Origin: Callorhinchus milii
Taxonomy: Eukaryota
Direction of reading: 5' to 3'
Assembly (NCBI RefSeq): GCF_018977255.1
Contig: NW_024704742.1
Coordinates: forward strand, 100,194,001 to 100,258,000
Length of the DNA stretch: 64,000 nucleotides
Shown here: positions 12,911 to 26,626 of the stretch, one piece after another
Position numbering within the stretch: the stretch's first letter is position 1
Layout: each line of letters opens with the position of its first letter
Notes under the pieces: generated by a model
The model's input: only the letters and a program-made list of their open reading frames with translations
What the model was told of the DNA's origin: nothing
Database searches by the model: none
Program-made: the position numbers and the translations under genes

Positions 12911-15814
12911 GATCAAATTTATTACAGAGCATAATGTTTTTTGTTCTGCTTCAAACAAACGATGCAGGCTTGGAAGGTACACTGATTTCTCTCAGGATTA
13001 CTTTAGGAGGATGTTTACTGTGGTTGGTTGGCGTTCACAGGACAGAAAGTGGGGCTGAATCCAAAATAGAGCAAATTATATATGATCAAGGAATGGGACT
13101 GTTAGGCTAAATAACATTTATACATGCTCCTTATAGTTAGTTATCACCGTTTCTCATTACAAATTCCTTCAACTTACTGCATATAACCAATTTAGCATTC
13201 TTTTTTTTGGTCAGCCGAGTGTCTGACACATGCTCATGCTCAAAGAGTATCCAAACCAAGCTGAGATTTCCATGCATCCCACCTCCACGTTGAAATCCCA
13301 GAGATAGATTGTTGGAATGCAGATCAACAAAGCTGCCAACGGGGGCCTGGGAGGCACGCACAAGGCAGTTCAGAAACCTACTATAACATTTAACCATTGA
13401 GCTTTTACATAAACATAATCCAAATATCCTAGACACATGCCTCTAACAACACTTCAAAATATCACACCAAGGGTTAGGGTGTACTGAACGGTTGCCAATC
13501 CCAATTCTTGCAAGGCTGTTAGTTTACATAAACAAATTCCTAGGCCTTGCTACATGCCATGGAAATGATCAAGGGCACTCTGTGAAAATCACTTCAGATT
13601 TGCACATCAAACAGCACAAATGTCAATCTTCAAACAGGGCAATAAGGGCTATGTAACGGATGATTCTTTGAAAAAGGTCAGAATCAGTCTTGGATACAAA
13701 TAAAGAGGCTTTCTGCATGTCAGAAAAGAATATTCACAGGATCACAACAGAGGTTAAGATGAAATAGGCCCTTTGGAACATTTGATCTCTTCCTTACAGA
13801 CTCGCAAAATCGCATTTCGCCCACAAAATATACAGTTAATTCACTTTACAGTACATGCTGTACACTGAATATTCTGTATACTGAATATATACAATCATCC
13901 TTTCAAAATACATTATCTCATACTATTCTGCATTAAACTGTATCTGCCATCTTTTTGGTCAATCCACCAGTCTGCCCATGTCCTCCTTCAGTCCTCTTCA
14001 CAATTAGCCACGCTCCCCATCTTCCTGCCATCGACAAATTTTGAATTGGGCTAGCCAAGGTTATTTAAATGGATAAAAGCAATGGTCCCTTCATCAATCC
14101 CTACTGGACACATCTACAGTGGAACCAGCTTCTGATATATGTCTCCTTATAGCACAACTGGGTTGTTCCTGACACTGGATCTGACATTTACTTAGCTAAA
14201 AATCCAATATTGCATGCACTTAGAAGCCATTTGAAAGGCTATGCAGCCTGCTATTTTTCTGCATGAATGTAGCAGGGTTGACCAACAATTGTGCCCCATT
14301 GCAGCTCTGGTCGGGTTTAATGGACGCACTATAATTGGGTTCCAATGTATTTACATCAATATTGCAACACTGCCGCTAGTACCATAGGCCTTAACTTTTT
14401 CTAACCCTCTTCATATACGGCAACAAATCAAACACCTTTTGAAATGAGACCTATATCGTAAATGCAAATATCCTTTTGGTTTATTTAATGCACTGTGGTT
14501 CAGAAGATAAACAGGTATTAAAGTGTTTAAATATATATATTTTGGATCCATTGAAAGTGGATAAAATGCCTGGGTAGCCATGCAGTCAATGTCTCCTATG
14601 TGTCGACAACCCTTTGAGCTTGGATCAGGGTCAAGAATTTTATTGAAGAAGGTGGTTACACAGCTGCTTTCTGCCACATTGAATGCGTGCCTTCAACTTA
14701 AAATTCTGACAGATTCAGATTTTGCATTTTTTCCAATAAGCTAGACAAATCTTTATTCATTTTCCTGGTGATGCAACAAGAAGGGTAACAATGTGACAAA
14801 CATTTTGGTTCTGTAACTGGTTTCCTAATTTCTCAAGTGATTAATAACATCCCAAATTAGTAATATGAAAAAGTGTCAATATTTCTTGACTAAAATACAA
14901 TTGTGTGAATGTTGGCTCATTTGCTACAGGAAACTTATCCACATGCTCCAATCTATGAAACAAGAACGGCATGGCTGGATTTGTTGGAAGCAATAAAGTG
15001 CTTCATATTCCAGGATGAGTAATCAGCTGACTACACTGGACATTGCATCCTGTTCAATTCTGAAGATATCAGGAAGATTAAAGCACACACAGAATGATTC
15101 AGGTTTAAAACACCTTTACTTTTCTCCTGCCTCTTGTATACGTTTGATTCTCACTGAATTATTGTGTTCTCTTTCTGAATAATTTTTCAAAATTCCAAGA
15201 ACATTTAAAAACCAGGCTCTGCAGATTAAGGAGCAGGATGCTTAAAAAAACAATTTATAATTTCAATGGCAATTTCCTACATTAAGAGCTCCAATGCACT
15301 GTTGGTTAAAAAGAACACATTCAAAGAAAGACAAGACATGGTATTCACTCTTTATGCATCTCTCCTGGGCCAGGCGTAGAGCAACAATATCAGATGACAC
15401 CATCTCACCCCTTCACTGGAGAATGTAATATTAGATCATCAATTCTCATGTAAAATGGAATTTTTTTATTTAAAAAGTGGCAGTAATTTCCTACATTAGA
15501 TGAGCAGTGGGTATTCGCTAACTCAATCTAATAAAACATTGCAAGCAGCAATGTAAATCCACCACCATAAATGCGAACGACTATCCACCTTCAAAATTAC
15601 TAGTATCCTCTGGTGGCCATTATTTCAGAAAATGTAACCAAGGTTTACATGTAGAATTTCACACCACTCTGGAATGAATTCAAGAGTGTATCCGAACACT
15701 GGAGCTGGGCAATTGGTATCAATGGTCAACAGCCACCACCAAACCCCCCTATACTACAGTGCATTACACACATTCAGTACGCTCACAGGTAGGGGGGTTA
15801 AAGACGTATATAGA

Positions 15815-16175
15815 GACTTCGAGCTCTGACACTTCAATGCAGTGCTGGGGTTGTCGTCCTTCAGATAGGACGTTAAACTGAGCCCCCAACTCCCTGTCCA
15901 GGTGAATGTTAAAGATACTATGCCACTGTACAAAGAGATAAGGTGTTTCTCCTGGGTGTCCTGGCTAATAATCCTCCAGACAAAAATGTGGTCATTCACC
16001 TCATGGCCTTTTTTGCGACAATGCTGTGGCAAACTGGCTGTCAAGTTTGATGTGATGTGTATTGATATGATATGGTGCCATTTCAAATGCAAGAGATCAC
16101 AGAAATCTCTGTGAAACGCTCTGCAAAGTTTCAGTATGTTAACGTGCCACGATAAATGCAAGGATCATTATTAGT
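15815..16175 (+). mobile_element. Old Deu-domain SINE
   Basis: ccttcagataggacgttaaac..tttctcctgggtgtcctggctaa..ggctgtc, followed by the tail. Confidence 0.7.
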
Positions 16176-17619
16176 CATAGGGCAGTAAGTGGACTAATAA
16201 TAATTATTATTATTAAAGAACATTTAATACAACACTCAGGCATCTTAAAAGAAAACACGCAACAACTCATTCCAGCAAATGGACTCCATTTGACTTCTTT
16301 CATCTCCAGACAAAAGTTTTTCCCTTCCCACAAAACTCAAATTAATAAACTCAGGAATGCTTATCTAAGTTTGAAAGCGACATTGTACATGTTCATAGTT
16401 CCAGAATCTCGGGAGGCACCAAGATCCACAAAGCGTTTGATCTTTATCTGTGCTGATCCTTTAACCCTCAATCCTACTCCTAACTACAGCAAATATTCTT
16501 CCAACTTGTTTAACAGGCATTAGTTGGCACAGTATTATCAGCCTTAGCTAGGAATCCCGTCATACATATTCTGGGTTTGGAATGCTTTGCAATCAGATCA
16601 CTAACTAGAGGGTGGTTAATTTTATGCCTATACTCCCACAAAGATAATACACTCTATAAAGTCTGATGGTTGCCTTTAGTACTGCAAGCAGATTCCTTTT
16701 GGCATTTTCAGATTTGTCCCCACTCTTAGCTGTAATTTGGAGCTGCATACACATTTAATGCAAATGGAATGGAAAGAGGAGGAGGGGGGGGAGGAAGAGA
16801 TGGGAATTCTGGTAAGTTACAATTATCCTAACTGACTGATAATTCCTGAAAACGTCAGTCATGCAAATAGAGGTACAACATTAAAGCTACGTCCCTTTTT
16901 AGTTCTTGCTTAGCTCTCCTAATATTGACAACCTGAAAATTAAAACCTTCACAACTGAGTTGGGGGGAAAGGTGTGGAAGCTTGAATGTGGTAATCAAAG
17001 AGAGACGTTTTTAAAGGTGGTTTTGAGGGCAAGGAAAGAAGGCACAAGGACTGTGCAAAGAATTTCAGATGGCAACAGTATTACGGCTGCAGGTTTGTCC
17101 TCCTGATCTCCATCCGATGACTTGTAAAAGCTTGAGCAGATGTCAGATGAGGAAAGGACTGAGCTCGCCTAAGTGGTACCGTTATTCATCTCCACCCCAC
17201 AGGTCAAATATCATACCAATACTCACTGTCCATGCTGACACAAGAGCACTGGACGACTGAAATTTCCGTGGAACTGCAACAACACAAGAATGTTACCAAG
17301 AGACGAGGGAAAAATGTGTATAAAGCTCCAAAAAGTGATTTTTGGTGTTTCAAGAATGAGGAAGAGATTCTCTCCTAATCTAATTGAACGGATTTTGGTC
17401 ATGCATTTTTCACATGTACATTATAGAGAAACGCAACATACTAAATTCTGCATTTTAATTCTCCACAAAGCATGCTTAGCTGCTAGCAACAATATCCAAA
17501 CACTATAAGCAGTATTTGAAGCAAAAATATACACTAGAAATCCACAGCAGGTCCATCTGCACTGAAAGAGGAAGCTAACCTTAACTGGAGCCCTTCATTT
17601 AAATAATTTTTTCATTTGG

Positions 17620-17985
17620 TTTGTATAGTGATCGTGTATATTTATAGGCAACCAAAGCGGCCAATTTGTGCAGAGCAACGTCCCACAAACAGCCATGAAG
17701 TGAATGATCAATTTTATCCGGGGGATTTTGGCAAGAAGCCTGGGAGAAACTCTCCTCTCTTTTTGAATCCTTAACATCCACCGAAACTTGGTTTAACACA
17801 TCATGCAAAGGACGGTACCTCCAACAACTTAGTACTTCCTCACAGGTGCTTTGAATTGTCAGCCTAGATCATGTGAGTATGAAGTGTCAGTGTGGGATTG
17901 AAACCCACAACCTTGTGATTCAGAGGCAATAACAACAAATTACATTTGTATAAGAGTGCACCTAACTGAGCCAGACTGACACACA
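17620..17985 (-). mobile_element. Old Deu-domain SINE
   Basis: cccacaaacagccatgaagtgaatgatcaa..ggagaaactc..acccacaacctt..actgagcca on the plus strand. Confidence 0.75.
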
Positions 17986-18934
17986 ATTGATTTGTGTGAT
18001 GGATGGTGGAAGCCCCTTACACTAGACAGACAAAGAAAGTCAAGAGAAAAAAATTGTTTAGATGTTTCTCTATAAAATCAACATTCACACAATTGGAATG
18101 CTTTGAGGGGTGAACTTTCAAGCATTGCGCTCCTTTGACATTTGGCAGGCATTATAATTAATAATAATAATAATACTTGCATTTGATAAAGTGCCTTATC
18201 ACATCTTCGAGACGTCTCAAAGTGTTTCACAGAATATACTTTAAAGTGATTTGACTATATTTTGTGGGCGACACATTAAGTAAATTGTACTGGTGATACT
18301 TCCATCAAAATTTATAAAAGCTACCAATGAATACAGAGTATTCCTTTTATTTGACGTCTAGCCTACAACGAGAATAAAACGTGGACCCTTTTGGAATCCA
18401 TTACTTGGTCTATGCCAAGTTCTGGAACTTGCTGCGGAGTTAGCGAGTGCTCACAAAATCACAAGTTTGGTCTGAATGAAGAAGGCCCTTCAGTCCATCT
18501 GATTTTATCCTTCCAGGACACCCACCCTACCATCCCCCATTATTGCACCAAGCTGCTTTTTAAATAAGTCCAGTGTCCTAGCCTCTACCTGGCAACCTTT
18601 TCCGTTGGTGATTAGCCTCTGTAAAAGAAAAACTCTTGGTATCAGTTCTGAAATTGCCCTTTACAACTCTAAACCTACGTTTACTGACTTGATGTTGCCT
18701 AAAGTGTTCAGGAAGTTTACTTTTTCAATCCCATTGAATTTAATACAGTATCACTGGCAAAAACAAGTGGAAGCAAGTTAAAAAAAATATTCCACCAGTG
18801 AAAATAATTTGGAGTACGCCATTTAACACATATTATTTCACATTGTATCCTGTTTTATGCCATACCAGTAGGGAGCACATGTATACCTCAAAACCTTTTA
18901 AAACTACATTGTTTTAAGAGGTGGGCAAAATAAT

Positions 18935-19230
18935 ATTCCTTGAATTTGAAAAAACACCTCATCACGTCAACAAAATGGCTCAAAACACTTCACAGGACTC
19001 ACTGTAAACCATCACTATACAGCAATGTCCCATAAACAGCCATGAAATGAATAACCAATATTTTAATCTGGAAAATTAAACAGGCAGATTGGATCTCAGA
19101 TTAATGACAAAGCAGTGCTCCCACAACAAGGGGTGTCATCCTAGATTAGGAGTTCAAACTCCCAATTTGGAGCTTAAACCCACAACCTTCTGATTCAGAC
19201 GAGATGCCTAACAACTGAGCCAGGCCTACA
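18935..19230 (-). mobile_element. Old Deu-domain SINE, internally deleted
   Basis: cagcaatgtcccataaacagccatgaaatg..aacccacaaccttctgattcag..actgagccagg. Confidence 0.6.
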
Positions 19231-19365
19231 AAGAATGAGATTCTTAGGTCAATGCTGATTCAACAACCTGCTTAAGAAGGAAATATTTACATCTTGGAAT
19301 TGCTAATTTCAGTTGACCAGCCACAACTACGTGCAGGGCAGAGGGAATGTTGGTTGACAAGTTAG

Positions 19366-19708
19366 ATCCTGTAGCTTACAGGTTAGAGCACTCATCTCGC
19401 AAGTGAGCGACCTGGGTTTGATTCCCGGCCAGGGCGAAACATTGGCCAAGATTCTTTACTCCACGTGCCTCTGTTTGCCAAGCAGTAAGTAGGAACCCGG
19501 TTGTTAGTCGATTGGTGAATCACTTTTCTGGGGGCAATAATTCCTTCAAAAAAAATTATTTGGGCACTCAATCCATAACTGCTTGTGGAACATGCTGTGC
19601 GCAATTGGCTGCCGCGTTTCAATTCACTTTACAGTATATTCTGTGAAGCGCTTGGAGACTTCTTGAAGACGTGATAAGACGCTATATCAAATCAAGGATT
19701 ATTATTAT
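19366..19708 (+). mobile_element. Young tRNA-derived SINE, long variant
   Basis: Same head and tail as the short variant, plus an extra segment ctgttt..agcagtaagtaggaacccggttgttagtcgattgg. Confidence 0.85.
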
Positions 19709-22104
19709 GTTTAAGTAAATGTATATGAATCCGCAATCCCAGGGCGAGCTTCTCCACAATTACTGAAGAATGAGAACTTCTGAAATCATAATTGGAGTCA
19801 GCTGCTGCCACAAAACAGCTTCAAAGGCAATTCCTTCCACTCCCCAACTAAAGACATAGGAATGGGCACTGTACATTCATAACATCACAAGATCAGTTTG
19901 GATGAAAAAGGCCTTCACCTCATTTGATCTCATCCTTCCAGAACTTTTTTTAAAATGTGTCCAATGTCCTGGCCTGAACCATCCCTTTCTGAACCTGTTC
20001 CAATAGTGAATTATACCTCCAGGTAAAGTTATAACATTATTTCAGTGCACTGTTTGCTGTGGCGCTGCTCTCAGTGTGCATTGCTACAGGAAGGCACAAA
20101 CAGAACCTCATTTCTTTTATCCCTGCAATAGAGAAAAAAGAAATGAGAAGTGTGTTCCGAGCTCCTCTGATGCATATACTGGCCAACCAAGAGTTACATG
20201 ATCTATGGCACATGAACATCATCTCTCGGCAGTCTGGTTCCTGAGCCATGCGAGTCCACACACTCAAAGGCACAGTTGATGACTGACCAGACATCAGTCT
20301 CATCAGCAGTACTTGGAAGGCCAGACCGGTCAATGAGGGCATGAATTCTTTCTGCCAGGCTCCCAGAAACCCTGCAATCCAAATCTTAATTTATAGGGTG
20401 GCCCTAGCTGGACAAGCAATGGAAAACTATGAGGTGTTAGCTGATTGAACTCCAGCAGTTTCCCATCACATATTCTTGGTATCCCCAAGCCTTGGCTTTC
20501 GCCAACCTGCACCCAAAACTCTCCACAACTCTTTTAGCGGGGACCATCTCTCCAGTGAGAGTGTGTGCATTCCATTCCAGACACAGAGACATTTCCATGT
20601 GTAAGTGTATACACATGTGGAACACAATCTCATTTAAGCACTCTGAGACCCTGTCCTGCGTGGAGGGCGCTATTTAAGTGCAAGTTGTTGTTTGGATATT
20701 CTTAAGCATAGTGCTGGGTTTTACATTGTAAGACATTCAGTTGACAAAGCAAAAATATAGTGGTTAGGTTAGTTGACACACAGAAAAACTAGGGAGAGAT
20801 TGATGAGATAATTTTTGGTACGGTTTAGGGAAGGTAGGGAAGAAGAGAACAGCTTATGAAGAGGGTACATATGCTCTGAACCCTGGAATTGTCTTTTAGC
20901 CTAAACAACAACTTACATTTATTTATACAGGGCTTTCATGCCAGGAGGAAGTCTCAAAGTTCTTCAAACAAACAATTAGATAAAGCACAATGCTGAAAGC
21001 GCAGACATGAATCATAGGATGTAAAGGAAGGGGATTTTCTTGTAGATCTCAATTAAAGGTTTCTGTGCCATTCAAGTGTCCAGCCCAGAGAAATGTCAAG
21101 GCGTTCAACACTTCATGCCCGACTTGTAGTAAGCTGGGGCAGGGTGGTGGTGGGGAGAAAAGAGGAGAATGCTTTTTATACCTCTTCCAAAAGAGCAACT
21201 TTGGCAACACAACACTAAGTTTGTGCATCGAGAACACCCTACGGCATACAGGAGAGTAGTGTGATTGAACGCTGGGAAAGTAGGGAACAAGCTAGTTCCC
21301 TGCCCTCAGTGAGATTTCCGAGCTGTCCCAATTTTGTTGAATACTGTATTCTACATTTCCTTTCCTGTAGTAACTAGTGCCGCATCATCTATCATCATTA
21401 TAACCATAGTTACCTTGCATTGAACCCACACTACTAAATTACAAAACGGCTGGGCCTGATGAATTTGTCACACTTCAATGAATATCGAGTTTTGATAGTA
21501 CTTATTTTTGTTGCTTGAAAGTCCTGCCCTCGTTGATTAAATTGCATTTACGTAAATCATCAGAGCATATGACGGAAATGCCAAGCAGACACAGTGCCTT
21601 TATCCACACACTGATCTTTAAACATTAAAAAAAATTCTGATGGAAATTTGCAACTGCAACTTGCCAAGCAAAGTGCTGCAACAAGGGGAAGACTATTCTT
21701 CAAGCTTGGAATTGAAAAAGATATAGCCTCCATACTGAAGGATAGTTTCCTTTTATAATGTTAGGTTATCCATCATCTCACCTCCTCCTCCCTCTAACAT
21801 CCAATCACCAACAATGTTAAAACATGGCACAATGTCTCTTTCATTCAGTGGAGTGGAAGAACATTAAGAGCTTCCTTTAGTTTTAAAATTCCCAAGGTTT
21901 CTTCTTAATTCAGAGGAGATTACATAATACAGAGTGGTAAATCTGCTATCTTTCAGCGTGAACTGCACCACACTTGATTAATGATCTTTACCTCTTATTC
22001 CCATCCTGGGTGTAGTTAGCTCATGTACTCCTCTTCCTCACCCATCCCATGGAACAGTACAAGCAATGGCTTGGACTCACTTTGAGCTTTCAATGTCATA
22101 TCAA

Positions 22105-23085
22105 CAACAAAAAAATTACATTTGTAAAGCGCCTTTCAAGGCGGGAGGACGTCCCAAGGCGCTGGACAGACAGAGTTATGGACCCTAGGTGAGGGTGGGG
22201 GAGGGGGGGGAAGCAGGGTGATCGAAAGTAGTTGAAGAGGAGGGTCTTGAGATGGGACTTGAAGGTGGCAAGGGAGGGGGCGAGGCAGAGGAAATGCGGG
22301 ATAGAGTTCCAGAAGGTGGGAGCAGAGTGACAGATGCCCTACCCGCCGATAGTAGGCTGAGCGAGGCCGGGGACGTGAAGCAGGCCGGAGCGAGTAGGAT
22401 GGTAGGGGGTTAGGAGGTCGCAGAGGCAGGGGGGCGCAAGACCATGGAGGGCTGTGAAGGTGAGGACCAGGATCTTGAACTGTATCCTCTGTGTGATGGG
22501 AAGCCAGTGGAGTTGGGCAAGGATGGGGTGATAGGGTCACAGAGCCTGGTGCGGGAGACGACATGGGGTGCAGAGTTCTGAATGATCTGCTGCCTATGGA
22601 GGGAGGAGTTGGGGAGGCTGACAAGCAATGAGTTTGCATAGAAAGCCTCAATGTAATGAAAGCATGTTTGAGAGTTTCTGCGGTCTGTGGTGTGAATCAG
22701 TGGCGGAGTCGGGTGATGTTGCGGAGGTGGGGGAAGGCAGAGCAAGTCATGGCACAGATGTGGGGCAGCAAGGATAGTTGAGGGTTAAACAAGATGCCAA
22801 GGTTCCGGACTGGCTTAGTACAGTGGAGTGTGCAACCATGGATGGTGATGCTGTCAGCGCCTGAGGTGAGGAGGCCCTGACGGGAGCCAATCAGGAGAAC
22901 CTCGGTCTTGTTGACGGTCGACTGAAGAAAATTAGCTCTCATCCAGGACTTCATGTCCAATAGACATTCTGTCAGGATAACAGTGGTCCTGGAGTCAAGG
23001 GTGGAGGCAGAGAGCTATAGTTGGGTATCATCCACATAATTGTGGAAGTTGACCCCATGTCTGCAGATGATGTCACCAAGAGGGT
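22105..23085 (-). mobile_element. L2 LINE 3' ~1 kb
   Basis: ORF pieces DMKSWMRANFLQ..KTEVLLIG..VRNLGILF and QIIQNSA. L2 tail at 22105-22170. Confidence 0.9.
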
Positions 23086-23257
23086 GCATGTACAAGTTGA
23101 AGAGGAGAGGACCAAGTACAGAATCTTGTCCTTCCAAACGGAGTTGATAAATAAAAATTCCACATGCCCATGTGCATGTATACTCCTGCCAGCCACTCTT
23201 CTAGAGAAACATCACCAGCCACAAAGCCAGTCAGGGATGCTCTGTGCAGCCCAACGA

Positions 23258-23711
23258 TAATAATAAGCCATGCATTTGATATAGCGCAAACTATTGATAA
23301 TACGCAAAACAATTAAACCCTATTACAAAACCGTACTCTGAGGGAAGGCTGGAGAATGCCAAGGGTTTGTAGACCCAAGCCAGGAGCTACCAACTTGGAG
23401 CTGCCCTCCTTAGGCTGGTCAACAGGATTCTCTCAGAGACATGTATTCTGTGTTCCCGCATGCAATTGTGGTTCTGATATACCACTGATATAGGGCCTTA
23501 TCATGTATTCAAGATGTCTCAAAGTGCTTCACAGAATATACTGTAAAGTGAATTGACCGTATATCTTGTGAGTGAAATGCAGCAGCCAATAGCGCACAGC
23601 AGTGTCCCACAAACAGTTGTGGATTGAAGTGCCCAATTTATTATTAATATTTTTTTGAAGGGATTATTACCCCCAGAAAAACAATTCACCGATCAACTAA
23701 CTACCGGGTTC
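23258..23711 (-). mobile_element. Long-variant SINE, 5'-truncated, with a 187-bp foreign insert in its tail
   Basis: SINE body 23485-23711, insert 23288-23474, terminal tail 23258-23287. Confidence 0.75.
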
Positions 23712-26626
23712 ATAAACTATATATTATAAAATCGGGATAAAGAGAAAAAAAATTTAAGACTTCAGACGCACACTATTCAAAAACAAAGTTCCACCCATAA
23801 CACTTCGATGCGTCCATTAGTACCAGCAATTTCCTCTCTTGTGTCATGATCTATAAACAAAGTATATTTACATTCCCACAAAGCCTGTCCCATATAATTT
23901 GCCTATAAAGATACAATCATACCACTTTACAACATATTCTGTGACGTGCTTTAAGACATCTTGATGAGATAAGGCACTATCAAATGCAAAGTTTACTATT
24001 GTATTATAACTCCATATGAGCACCAAACGTGGACAGCTTGGTTTCTGTCCCCATATCTATACGATTTGTCAATAGTATCATAGTATCAATAGCGACAGCC
24101 CAGGGCCACCTAACTCCTTCCACACCAATCCAACTCCATTGCTTCCCATGAATTTGTCAATTTTAAATCCTCTTGAGAAGTTTCCATCCCCCACCCCCAT
24201 CCCAACCCATTCCATGCCTTCCAACCTTGTGGCATAAGCTGTTGTGTGGCACAGAATAAAAAGTGTTGCTAAATCTAAATGCACAATGTCCATCAAGTTC
24301 CCTTATCCACTCCACATTTTTTCTTGAAAGAATGCTTCAAATTAAACTGCACAAAAACATGTAAACTTTTTTGTTACATTTGTTTTTTTGTTACTTTTGA
24401 CATGTTACATTTTATATTGCATTTGACAAAGTGGTAAAAGACAAGCTTTAAAGCAAAGCAGCCGCTTGAGTGTTTCCAAAAATAAATAAAATAATAATAA
24501 TCATCCGTGCATTTGATATAGTACCTTATCACGCCTTTGAGGCGTCTTTGAGGCATTTCACAAAGTATACTGTAAAGTGAATTGACTATATTTTGTGGGG
24601 CTGTAAATCTACTGGCCAAACAATTATTCTACTGTTTTGTTTACGAGGAACATGATTCTTCTCCAACAGTGAAATGGAAAGGCAAGTTGAAGACATTCAA
24701 TACAGAATTAGAGAGAGAAAAAAATCTGCTATCCACAGTGCTTTCATATCCACAATGGGGCCGATCCCAATTAGGGCAAACGTGGTGCAATCTATTGTGG
24801 AAGAATCTTTGTACTAAACCAGTCTTGGAATTGTTGCAGGTTCTGTATCCAAACTCAGAAGTAAATCATTCAAGAAGTCTTCAACAGATTCTCAATGTTT
24901 CCATTCCGCTTTTCAGATTTTTTTTACTGTACACAAAGAAATGAAAGTCAAAAAAAACTACTGTAAAGTACAGAGCCCTTGAAAAGCATCCTGTAATCAC
25001 AGTGGAATGAACAAAGGGAAGTTAACTGACAGGAAACTCAGAGAGGTTTAACTCGATCGCACCAAAGCTTTGATTGTTTAGAATACGTTTTTGAAAACAA
25101 CGGCTGATCTGCAGAGTGGGAGTTCTCCTCTACCATCAGCAGACAACTTTGGCAGCAGTCAGTCAGTCTACTTTGTATTTTCTGATCAGATCCACAACCA
25201 AATTTGCAGGCAAAAGCACAAGGGGTTGTGAACAATAGGCCTAAACAGAGCCGCTTCCCAAATGTAACATAAAGCTACATGAAAGGGTTTGTTCCACCGC
25301 GTAGCCAACACTTCCCCACATCCCATTGTTCATTTCCTCCTCTGCAACTGCTAATACCAAGAGTCAAACATGTGCCGACCTATTCACTTCCAATTTTCTC
25401 AGGGTTACAGAATTTAAAACACCAATGAGTTTCACTAAACACTAATCCAGGAGGGATCACAATAAATTGAACTGGAAAATCAAAACAAAAAAAGTATTGA
25501 CACTTGCAGATGAATCTAAATTGGTGGCGGGGGAGAAGAAAGAAAAATGATTTGGCTAATCTGCAGGTTGGATGTTTTGCTTGTTTCAAAACAGTTGAAA
25601 CAAGTTTCTCCCTTCTAATGTTGGTGACCAGGACTCAACACTTCCTACTGTACCTCAGACATAGCCTCATCTCAGACCTGCTCTCTGTGGGTTCAGATCT
25701 TCAACATCTTATTGGTGAGCATTGGGGCATTGGGAACACTGCACAGTGCTTTCTTTACACCATCCAATATTTGAAGCACAAACTTTGATGAGAAAGTGCA
25801 GGCGAGGCGACTTGAAGTATACTTTAAAAACAATTAGGTGACCTCAGCTGGGGCAGCAGGTGGGGCGCCAAACTTGCCCCAGCGGATGTTAAGCAACGAC
25901 CGGATCAGCTTCGGGCGGATCACTCCCATGGTCCAATTACCTGACTGTATGTACAGGCAACTCTCAAACATCAACAGCCATTTGGGTAAGATACCATGTC
26001 GTAGCCCAGAAGAAAAAAAGAGTCAAATCTACCATACAAATAGGACAAAATTGGCATCCAACCAAATACTGCATAATTCCTCTTCACATCTGCAAACATA
26101 AGATAAGAGCCAAGTCGTTCACTTCCAACAGGGTTACAGGATTTAAGCCTAGCATGTCATTATGTAATTCAAGTTCCTCGGAGGACACATCTGCTTACCT
26201 AATTCCAGGGAGTATTAGGTGCAGGTTGGCAAAAGCCAAGACTTGGAGTTCTCAGACTGCATGTTGGGCTACTTTTGGGAGTTTAACCAGATAAAAGTGC
26301 ATAACTTGCCATTGATATCGCTGTCTGGCAAGCTTCCCACTGCTTGTCTAGTAATTGGGGCTTTTGTCCACTGCCCACTGACACTGTTCCCACCCCTTTA
26401 AAAATAGTCATCATCACTCCTATCCTTAAAAACCCCTCCCTAGACCCATTCCTGCTCTCAAACTACCCATCAGCTGCCTCAGCCCTTCCGTCTACTACTC
26501 CCTCCCCATCTCACCCTAGCCCTTACCCATCCCTCCCTCCACCCCTTCGAACCTGTCTCCCATTCCTTTCCCATCACCACTATAAACCGCATGAAACCGA
26601 CCACCTGCACCCTCGACCCCATCCTT